Shown piece by piece: positions 40,601-52,600 of a stretch of DNA of 64,000 nucleotides. The notes under the pieces were generated by a model that did no database searches, was not told where the DNA came from, and saw only the letters and a list, made by a program, of their open reading frames with translations. The translations under genes and the position numbers were made by a program. The stretch is taken from the NCBI GenBank assembly GCA_964035545.1, contig OZ037770.1, forward strand, positions 3,566,662 to 3,630,661, read 5' to 3'. The DNA is from Bugula neritina (Eukaryota; Animalia; Bryozoa). Position 1 is the first letter of the stretch, and the number at the start of each line of letters is the position of its first letter.

Positions 40601-43600
40601 TTTACGATGCTGCTTCAATCAGGGCTACATAATATATCAACATTCTATTGTGGCTGTCTCATAAACTAAGTACACAGCAAGCTATTCACTAGCCTGTCAG
40701 CTAGCAAGCCTGTAATTAGTAATCTATGAATTAGTACCTCCTCATCTCTTCATCTGAGTGTTGTGCAAGGGTGATTTAATTAGTATTTTTATTTCACAGT
40801 TCATATAAAAATGACAGCTATGGGCAATGAACTCAAAATAGCCAGTTCAATGGCTATAGGGACTGCAATTCTATTCTAGCTAATGTCAGTCAGCTTATTT
40901 AGGCCTTTCATATGCTTACTATTAACTGAAAAACTAAAGTAAAAATATTAAAGCCAAGCAAACATTTTGGGTCTGCTGGACTGTATTTATGATAAGCTTG
41001 ATAAAAGTTTACCTCATAGTTTATAAAAAATAGTTTGCATTTTATTTTGGCGCCAAAAAATTATTAGTATATTCAATGAAATAGTAAATTTCTGGCTTGG
41101 CAATTAATTATTTGATATCACATTTAATCTCTAAAAGCATTTTTAATATCAGTAAATGCAAGCATTTAAGACAAAAAAAGATAAACATCTTGGACGCTAC
41201 TTAAAATTAAATAACCAAAGCTGCACGCACACCATACCCCAAACGAAACAACTCTACAAGATATGTAGATAACTGATAAGGGCAAAATTATTAGCATATA
41301 AGAGTTCAGGCTTGCTAAATGAAGCCTCACCTAACCTAAAAGTTAAAAACTATGTTGCATATCTTCCTGTTGCTCAGAGCAACTTTTTGAAATGTTCAAT
41401 GAATAATTTTAATTCTGATAATAATTCTACTAATTTTCGGACTAATGCATTTTAGGAGCAATGCACCTTCAGAATATTGCACCGTCCCCCCATTATTGCT
41501 TGTGCCATTATTACCAAGTCTTGCCATCTTTAACCTGGGTACCAACTTGAAATGCATGCTGCTTTGTTATTACAGCATGAATGAAATATTTATTTGGAAT
41601 TTTGATATTGATGATGTTAAATTCATAAACTTATGTGTTGAATTTACAATCTTAAAGTAAGCTATTCTAGCAAGCTAACCCACCAACCCCATTCTTGCAT
41701 GCTTTTAAGGGTTATAGTTGATTGTATATGTGCTTGTTTAAATAAAGATGCTACCTAAGCTGTTATTTGCAGCTTTACACTATTTACCAAACTTGCACTT
41801 TAATGTAGCTATAGAAACTATTCTGAAAAATGTTTTGTACATTAGGAAGCACAGATAAAAAATTACCATGTGAAGATTATTTTGCTAAAACTCAGTGCTA
41901 TCCCAGCCAATAAAATTTTACCTTAAAGTAGTATATTTGTGAACTGCCTTAGCCTCTGATACTTAATTGTAGTATAGTGTTTACTGGCTAATTGTATTTT
42001 CTAATTCTAATAATAAAGGGTACAACAAACGATTATACCAATAATTTTTACTGAAGACTGCGTGTCAAACTTCTAGCTCACCTTGCCATCTATTCTTAAT
42101 TACAGTTTGAAATACATCTTGCTGGTCTAAGACCTAAGTTCTTGCATTGAAACATAGACTTTATTCAAACTAGTAAGACTAAATTAATTAGTACCAACAC
42201 TGCAGGTAACGGTGGGTAGTTGGGGATTTGAAAAATTTTACATCAATGTTCCATCTTATCTACTCTTTCATTTTTCATTATTACTCTACCATTATTAATA
42301 GACCATGTAAAACTCAGCCAATCAGCGAAGTGTACCAGGTCAATGTCTTACCATTGTAACTGATATAAAATTCTGCAAGTTCAATTGCAAAATGCATGCT
42401 TCTAAAAGCTAGTTGTGCAACTTTTTTTTCATGCATTATTTAATTTCATATCTTAAATTGATGACTCTTGAAATGATTTTTTAAAATGTCTAAATTAAGT
42501 GTTTATAAAACGCAATTAAAAATTGCATGTCTAGAAAAATGACGTGGTACACTTTTGCAACTTAAGGCCAATTATTACATAACTGCCAGCTTAGTAGTTA
42601 TTTGTTGTTGCAGCTTGAATGGGTTATTGTTTAGCATTGGAAGCTTGCAGTAAACATCTGTGAATTTGGTACATGACTTTGATTGGCTGGTTTTTGAATG
42701 GCCCTTTAGTATATGCATCTGGATGGCTGGGTAGTGTAGACTCCGCCTACATCTAGCTAATGTACAGTAGCCAATCCACAGTAGTATTACAAAATTTCTG
42801 TTTAACAAATGAAATATTCTGGTCATTTGTTTTGTACTTTACAATAGTAAATATTCTATTCAACTATAATTTTATTGTATGTAAGCCATGGGAACTACTA
42901 AGAGGTTAAATCAACCACCCATGCTGGTAATATTGTTGCTCGCAGTAATAGCAAGTCCACACCATATAGATATACACATAAGCTATTATGTGCAGCTTAT
43001 GAATGCTGAAATGACCCCATTTCTTACTTTCAATTTGAAAAAAATTGTATTACATATTCTGCCACTTCTGCACCAAGAATTTGTTTTCCTTTTAAATTTT
43101 GAAAATAGTAGTCAGTTTCTGCAGCAGTCAACTGCATCCACAATAAACAACGTAAGTTTTCAAATAAACTATAAATATATGAAATATTAGTGTGGAAACT
43201 ATGTAATTTAGTTCTTGCTATGATGAAGAATTACAAGAATATTATATTATAGAAGCTAGATATAGATTTCTATAAAATGGCGCAGGTAAAAATAACACAT
43301 TTTTACTTCAAATTCTAAATTTCATCAGTCACCAATGGTGGCTGTAGATTACAGAGAGCATAGCAGACTATCATAATCATAAGGATGGTCAGCCCACTGA
43401 GCAAAATCCAACTCCAACCTTTCATTTGGGTTACCAACGCACTAAAGCATATAATGTAAGACGAACAAAAAACAGTGGTTTTAATGAAACATGTGGAGGA
43501 AGCGAACAGAAAACGTTATCAACAGAGTCAGCTGATATAGAGCAACAGAACTCATCTGACAGCCATCCTCATAGTCAGACTTCATCAGAAGTAACTGAGT

Positions 43601-46600
43601 TACCAGAATCATCAACTACTCAGAAAAAAAGATCTGCACATTCTATTGATAGACGAAAATCAAAAGTTGGAAGAAAAGGCTCAAAAAGATCCATGTTTAA
43701 ACAAAAAGCAACTATTGAAAAAGTAAAAGTTTTTAAAACTTTCACCACTACAGATGAGCAAACTAAATTCTATACTGGAATACCTACACGTTCTTTATAC
43801 TATTTTTTAGCAAGGTGAAAATTATGATTTTCTAATTGCAAAGATAGACTATGGTTTATTACAAATAAACAATGCAAGTCTCACTATGCTAAAATTTCTA
43901 CATTGATTAAATTTGATGTGTAGTAAAACTGTCATTTTAATTAAATTTGTTGCAGTGTGAGTACATCATTCATACATTTTTTATTAAAGATGTTGTTTTA
44001 TGTAAGATATTCATAAATACCACAGTGGTCATCTGTATGCTTTGACTTATTTAGTTTAGGGTTTTATTTAAACAAGCAGCAGTATTTTATTCGTGGACAA
44101 ATTGACTCACTTTCTCTAGGAAAAGTAAATTGTTTTGACTTAAATTTTCCTTGGTTATTTTAAAGCTTATCAAAAGTGGCCTCCTAATCTAATTTTTAGC
44201 TGAAACTAACTCAGTGTTTAAAACTAAAATGGTTTACACTGGTTACTAGTTTCACTTATTCACAAATATTATTAAATGCTATTCTAGAAATAATATGGGT
44301 TTGAATTAGTTATAGTATAATTATAAAATGAAGTAATAATTGTTTGTCCACAGTATTTGTTTAAACTCATAACTTCATTCAAAGCATGTATTCATACAAC
44401 TAGCTTACCATGTACTGTTACAGTATTATGTAACACATGTTGACACACATTACATTCTGTTTGGATGGTGATATATTGGGTCAAGCCTTCAGCTAGCAGT
44501 TCTTGAACTTCATAGTTGTTGCAAAATATAACTGAAGCTACTTACCAGAGGGTAAAAACTGCTGAATGAATACAAACTAAGCACAAAATTTATTTAGCAC
44601 ATACATTATAATTTGAATTATAATTTAATTTTCATTCTTTATTTTCTATATTTAGATTTATATGTCCGAAGATGAAAGTTCTTATTCTCCAAAAAAAGTT
44701 AACAGGACAAGATAGACTTTTATTGGCTTTGATGAAGCTGCGTCAAGGTTTACAGTTTCAAATACTTGCTGGCCTTTTTTATATCTCTAGATTGCTAGCA
44801 AGCAAAACCTTCCAAAACACATTAGATATTTTAGCAAGAGAACTGAACAATCTAATAGTTTTTCCAACAAGAGAGAAGCTGAACATCCCTCTGAGCTTTC
44901 AAAGCCAATATGCTACCATATATTTATAGTTTATTTGAAAGCTTACGTTGTGGATGTTGACTGCTATAGAAACTGACTACTATTTTCAAAATTTAAAAGG
45001 AAAACAAGTTCCTGGTGCAGAAGTGGCAGAATATGTAATACAATTTTTTTCAAGTTGAAAGTAAGAAATGGGGTCATTTCAGCATTCATAAGCTGCACAT
45101 ACTAGCTTATGTGTATATCTATATGGTGTGGACTTGCTATTACTGCGAGTAACAATATTACCAGTATGGGTGGTTGATTTAACCTCTTAGTAGTTCCCAT
45201 GGCTTACATACAATAAAATTATAGTTGAATAGAATATTTACTATTGTAAAGTACAAAACAAATGACCAGAATATTTCATTTGTTAAACAGAAATTTTGTA
45301 ATACTACTGTGGATTGGCTACTGTACATTAGCTAGATGTAGGCGGAGTCCACACTACCTAGCCATCCAGATGCATATACTAAAGGGCCATTCAAAAACCA
45401 GCCAATCAAAGTCATGTACCAAATTCACAGATGTTTACTGCAAGCTTCCAATGCTAAACAATAACCCATTCAAGCTGCAACAACAAATAACTACTAAGCT
45501 GGCAGTTATGTAATAATTGGCCTTAAGTTGCAAAAGTGTACCACGTCATTTTTCTAGACATGCAATTTTTAATTGCGTTTTATAAACACTTAATTTAGAC
45601 ATTTTAAAAAATCATTTCAAGAGTCATCAATTTAAGATATGAAATTAAATAATGCATGAAAAAAAAGTTGCACAACTAGCTTTTAGAAGCATGCATTTTG
45701 CAATTGAACTTGCAGAATTTTATATCAGTTACAATGGTAAGACATTGACCTGGTACACTTCGCTGATTGGCTGAGTTTTACATGGTCTATTGTGCCATTA
45801 TTGCTTGTGCCTGTGCCATTTCTGTCAGACACCCTTTCTGTTATATGAAGTTATCACAAAGGGGTTTTCTAAACGGCGTGGATATACTTTCTCACAGCAA
45901 AGAGCAAAACTTAGAATGTTTCACTCAGAACTTACATTACTAATTCTAAATAATAGCTCAACTGTAAACAAACCCATTATATGCCAGCTAGCTAATTCAT
46001 TAGTTTCATACTAAGTTCCAAAATGCTACATAATCACCCAAATGCTAAATTTAATAACTCATTGTTGCTATGATAACAAGGACAGAATGTATTGTCCGTT
46101 GTACCAGCAACAGCTGCAGCTATAAGCAGCCCAGTAAGCCTTGAGGAATATTTTCAAACACATAATTTTCAACAGCGCGGCCACGATTAAATTTTAAAGT
46201 ATTAATAAATTCTATGCTCAATATATGCAAAATTTGCTACAAATATTTTTAGAAACATGCAACGCGCACTTGAACTTGAAAAAATTTATTTAAGTTATAA
46301 TGGTGAGATATACCAGCGGTGTCATTCTACTTAGCCAGTTTTCACTTATACCATATTTGTAAATTTTAGCGTAATATATGTATTTTATACTATTATTTAG
46401 CACATAATAGAAAGCAAGAAGCCACCAGCAAGCTACTTACAGTAACAAAGCTTCTATAAGAAGCCATCTTGCACAAACCTTAAACCTAAAGGTAAAAGAT
46501 AGACAAGATATAATAAGAAAAAGTTGCAATATAGCAGTACGTGATATACCATGATATGCATTTGTGCATTTTATTCTGTTATTCTGAATAAAATAAACTG

Positions 46601-49600
46601 TAGCTAAACTAGTATTGAGTCAAAGCAAATAGCTGGCTTGGTAGCTTGTTTCATGTTTAGCAGTAAATGCAACAGTTATATTTGCATATTACTGTATATA
46701 TTGTACCAAAATAAAAAAATAGTCCAAGTGGTATGAAACCTCACCAGCACTACAATACTCTAGTCTAAGATGATATCATGTTTCCTCATGATTGTACATT
46801 GCTGGTTATAGGAACAAAATGATTTAAGTTGTGGTATGCAAATCTTATGTACATATTTTCTTTAGTCTTTATAGAATACATTACTGTTTATTCTGCTAAA
46901 TAAATAAATATTTATAAGTGGTATGCACAGTCTGCATTGCATCTCATTTAGCTTATTGTTAAACTCTGACCAAAGTAAAACTACGAAACCAGAGTAACGT
47001 TAGTCCAAATGACATGAAACTGAATATTAATATAAATCTTGGCTACAATTCTGACGTTTCCAGCTATTCAGCACTGAATAATTGTACTCTCATTATATAT
47101 TAAAACTAAATATATGCAGTAGATTCAAACTTCATGATAAGGCTAAACATTTTAAAGCTAATAAGGCATGAGTATTTCAAATTTATATGCATACTGTACT
47201 ACCACTTTATCCTATACTAAAATACCTGTAATTTCAACTGCAGTATAACTTAGTTTAAGTTGTTTAAATTAGATTATTTCTGTGTGTTTTCCAGGTATCA
47301 TCTTATTTAGACGCTTCCCACATAGCTGCTGTCTATGTGGGAAGCTTCTATTTATATATTTTATAAATATTTATAGATTTTAGAGTAATATATGTATTTT
47401 ATGCTATTATTTAGCACACAACAGAAAGTAAAGAAGCTACCAGCAAGCCTTTTTACAGTAACAATGTTTCTATAAGAAGCCATCTTGCACAAACCTTAAA
47501 CTTAAAGGTAAAAGATAGACAAAATGTAATAAGAAAAAGTTGCAATATAGCAGTACGCGATATACCATGAAATGCATTCGTGCATTTTACTCTGTTATTC
47601 TGACTAAAGTAAACTGTAGCTAAACTAGTATTGAGTTAAAACAAATAGCTGGCTTGGTAGTTTATTTAATGTTCAACAGTAAATGCAGCAGTTATATTTG
47701 TATATTGTTATATATATCGTACCAAAATAAAAAATCGACTAACTGGGATGAAACCGTTTTCCATGCTCAGTGCATCTATATGATGGGTTTGTTCTAACCG
47801 CTATTGTTCAAATTTTATCTATCAGTTGGTGAAAATATAGGCAATGTAAGATAAATTCACTAGTTTATGTAAAAACTGATTTGTTGAGAAAATTTGTAAA
47901 ACCTAAAAGTAAAATGTACAATGGATAAATGTCATTCATGTATATTAACTTTGTGTATGGTATGTTACAGACCAGTATTTGCCTATCACCCCATCTGGGG
48001 TACATGATACAGGTGTTGTTATTAAAGCACTGCAAACAAAGGCATTCTTTTTTGAAATTAGTAGTCGGCTGGTGAAAGTAAACATAAGCATTTGTAGCTT
48101 TCATGAACCCAAAACCCATCTTTCTAAAAGTTTTATTTACTTCTAAAGTTGTTTGTCCCTGTATAGGCAAACACTCTCATTGAAGATTTTTAATGTTGCT
48201 CTGAGAAAAAAGGATGTCAAAGGAAATATTACTTCACAAGCTTCAACTACTATAGTATAAAGAATAAGAATAAGCACTTCATAAAAATTTTAACTTACAA
48301 GTTGCAAAGTGTTTTTATTTAAAAAACATAACACTTCATACTTCATAAATTGATAATATATTTCTTTGGGGTTTTTTAGAAAATATGCCAAGAGACATAA
48401 AAATATATTGCAACTGCTAGTGCTGACCATCCTTGTTTAGAAACCTAAAACTTTTAGTCAACCAAACAAATTTAATCAAAATGTAGAAATCACTTTTCAC
48501 ATCATAAATGACGTATTTCTTGCTTTAAATTTGTAGTCTAAGATTATTTTCACAAAAGCTCTTTAGATGTTTTACACGTTTTACAGGAAAATGTCAATTA
48601 TAAAGTGGCTATGCTCTAATAACAGTTGTGACCATCTGTAAAAGCTGTGCTTGCTTCCAATACAATAGTTAGTTCATTGAAATATAACTGGAGAGGCAAC
48701 AACTGAAGCTATTAAAATATTTTATTTTGTAGCTTGCTCTATTTATCCTAGAAATAAAGTACTTGGTTCCCACCATTTAGCATTGTACTCTTTAAATAGT
48801 TCAGGGTACAACTGTCAAAGCATTTTGGCTGGTACACAAAATAGTTCAATAAAATACTTTATAACAGTTTTGTTCTATTGAATATTGACTAGTCACCCTT
48901 AAAGCAAATTATAGCCTATCCACGTTGCCAGCCAATAGGTTCCACGCTAATGTACTAGAAATAGAACTTATCAGCACTCAGATAAATTAAAATTACAATT
49001 GTCAATCAACATAAAACTAATATATAGTAGCTAGTCTTTTAAAGTGGCCTACAGCAAGAAGTAGTTATTTTTACCGGTCTATGACAAAACATAGGAAATA
49101 TCTATTCTGTCAAATAGTATCTGAGTAGTTGTAAAATTTGTTTGAAATACTGGTATTATGCACAGCATAGCCTATTATAAATATAATCAAAGTATGCCAG
49201 CAAATGAGACTTATAGTTTACTCTGTTACTACTGAACACTGTAGTAGTATTCACACAATTCACACTGCACTATTGCTATAAGTAGCTCAGTTAGATATGT
49301 AAGCTAGTATAATATATCTATTAACTTCAGTATAGTTATCCATATCTATTGTCTCATGCAAAAACTTTTTATGAAGTTTAATACTTCTAGTGTAATAGAA
49401 TATAGTAATGATGTCACTTAGCTCTGGTCCATTTAGAGCTATAGATGATTATATACTAGATTTATCCCCTTTTCATTGGTAGGAAAGCTTCTAATCTTTA
49501 TTCTGGTGCATGCGCTTTCAACACTGAATAGAAATTTATTGTCTTCTGGTGTTTATAAGGAAAACTCGTATCTAGTTGCAGACTATTTCCAGCTGTTAAA

Positions 49601-52600
49601 CCTATTTTTCAATTTGGTACCTTTATAATGTATATATATATATAGCTATATAACTGTAGATTGATTGCTAAATAGCTGATATGCTATAATAGTTATAATA
49701 GCTAATTATCTAAGTATCCGGAATAATAGTTCACATTTCACAGAATTGCTCATGGCAAAAACAGTAATATGGTAATAATAAACATTATTTTAATGAATAC
49801 CTATTAACACATTATTTTTCAATCAACAATAAGTAGAGAATATGCAAAATTATTAAATGCAATTAAATTAAATCAAATTAAAATCAATGCAGATCACAGA
49901 AATTTCTTCATGTACTGGATATAACAAACAATTGATCCAACTTTATTTAACTATGATATATTTTAATATTATTCAAATAAATATAGAATAAATATTATTG
50001 TACAAAAATAAACAAATAGTGTCTAAGTAAGATAGATTCAAGTAGGAAATTTAGCCTAGCATCTATAATAAATGGGAACCATCTATATCTGCGATGACAG
50101 AATATATTAATCGATAATATTTATAATCTACAAAAGTTACAACTAAAAGTCAAAAAGGTTCTAAGGCAGTAGAATCTCAGGGTGTCTTCAATGTTTTGAG
50201 AAGTAATATTTTGGAGTATTGAAATTACATGTTCTTCAGAGTTTATAGGCCAATATTGTTAAAAATAAACATGTTTTGAAGTTGAGATAAAATCTTGTTA
50301 TAAAAGTTAAAATTGAGAGCATAAAAAGATTATAGACTTTATAATGTGTTTTTGGTGAATTTTGATTTTATATGTCGGCAAATCTGTTTGGATCTTGTTT
50401 GAGGGATACAATTTGATTGACTTTATACAACTGGCAAAAAGTTCAGGATGAGTTTGCATTACAGATGAAGGGCTGGCACATGTTTTGGAGGATATAAATT
50501 TTATTCATTCAGAGTTTAAAAGAAAAGCAGTGCACTGGTGTGTTCTGCAGTGCAGATGTATAGAGTTTAAAAAACCTGCATTGCAAAATCCGAATATTAA
50601 TATGCAATTTATACTACAAGTTTGTAAATTCTAAACCAGCTCACATATTGTATTATTTTAATTGGTTTAACATCCTATATTGCATTGCTTGAAACACCTA
50701 GGTTATATAATAAGTCGGATAAAAACATATAAATCTGGCTCCCTACAGCTTTACCAAGGATATTAACGATGCAAGTGCTCTTAGCCTATCTATATAACTA
50801 TAGCCAAAATAATTTATCTAACTAGAGAGGATATCAGAAATTTGCAACAATATGGACATTGCATCTTGGTTTATAATGAAGAAGTTCCAGATTTAGGATA
50901 TTATATTTATATTGCTAACAAAAGAATTGCTTTGAATAAACTGTAAAATTTAATCTTCAAAATAGCAAGGCATAGTGCAAGGTAGTTAAATGATCATCGA
51001 TTTTGTATAAAATAATAAACAAGTTGAAGTATGACTGTTAGTTAAATAAAATAGATGTAGATAGTCATATTTTACAACTGATGGCCTAATTCTTAATGCT
51101 GCCTAACAGAGCTATATATATATATCAATTGATTCCAGTTAACGCTGTTTTATAATTTTGAAAGAAAATCTCATGTTGAGTAGGAAAAGCATTTGCATGC
51201 TTTTAATAGGTTAATGTCTAGTTTATTTGTTGACTAAAAGTTACCATAAGAAAAAAGCTGTCTATTATGTACATATTTGCATTTAAAAAAAATCTGTTTA
51301 CTTTTTAAAAATTTCTCAAGTGGCAGCATTGGACTTGAATTGATATAAGAATACAACTTAGTTTCCCACAATAAAATTCAAAATGGAGTTGCTTTTAATT
51401 TTATTTACACCAAAACAGGCAAAAATGCACACATGCACAAACCATGTGCACACATGCACACGTAAAAACCTAATTATAATTTAATAAGGAGTTATATTTC
51501 CAATATACATTATCCTAGTTGCATTGGAAGGCAAAATTGAAGGAAAATATTTCACAGTAACACCTTATGTTACACTTCGACTTAATTAAATTTCAGACAT
51601 ATAACATTCAAGTCCATTACAATATTTTATTTACAGAACTCTGGTGCAATTTCAATTTTGAATATTAAGATTCAACAAAACCTAACCTGAACGAATTTTC
51701 AAAAGACATATTTTCAGTAACAGACAACTCTTAAAAACTTCATCTAATCAAGCGAATTTTTACTTAAGATAGATTGCGCAATACTACTCCGGTAACTAAC
51801 GCGTAATTTAACATCAGCGTTATTTTTTAAAGTGCAGCAAGCACATTTTGTAAATTATTAAACGTTTTGTTTTAATCACTATATATAGCTGTCAAGCAAG
51901 CTATTAGATAGCTTTTGACGCTAGCTTTTATGCAACCCACTATAATTAAATTCATGATCACCCAATAAACTTGTTATTTAGTTTTTTCATATAAATACAC
52001 TGTTTATGTTTTTTTAGCCTAAGTTTTCCTACTCAACAAGTCAAATTTCTTCATTATATTGTCATCAATTATCAATAAGAATAACTTGCCATAATCAGTA
52101 AAAAGTTGCCCTTCAAATTCAATCTTTTATTAGGAAACACTTTAGATATCTTCTTCTTTGCTCTAATAAATTATTGTTTATAATTACAAAAGTTCTTGCT
52201 TTACATCAAACTTTATATAACACTATAAAATAATTATAAGCACAGTTGTAGAAATAGAGAGAGTCCGCAACTCCAACTACAAAACTAAATATTTGAGTTG
52301 TGTAAAAATAGATTATACAACGTTTATAATATTCATTGATGAAACATTTTTTTAAAACATTTTAGTAACCTTACTGAGAAACTGTTTTAGTAACGTTGTT
52401 TTATAACATTAACCTTATATTGGAGAAAAAACGTTGCATTGAAATGTTGAAGTAACGTTTTATTGATGTTTTTTGAAAACCTTTTTTAAAAAAGGTTTAT
52501 ACAACATTTCAAAATACATTCATGCAACCATTTTATCAAACATTTGAACAACATTGGTATTAATCGTTTCTTCAACATTGGGTTAAAACGTTATGTTTAT

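Larger units (their letters stand above)
40200..45833. mobile_element. Degenerate MULE-like element with GGCACAGGTAAAAAT subterminal repeats, hosting two insertions
   Basis: 40205-40325 is an inverted match to 42200-42296 plus 45792-45833; TSD not resolved. Confidence 0.5.

Noticed and set aside
42575-45513. Twin 83-aa ORFs (42575-42826 - and 45262-45513 +)
   Set aside because: Mirror products of the inverted arms, with no protein-like motifs.
47865-50580. Short minus-strand ORFs/exon-like patches inside the giant element as its transposase
   Set aside because: No recognisable EnSpm or DDE motifs, and frequent stops.
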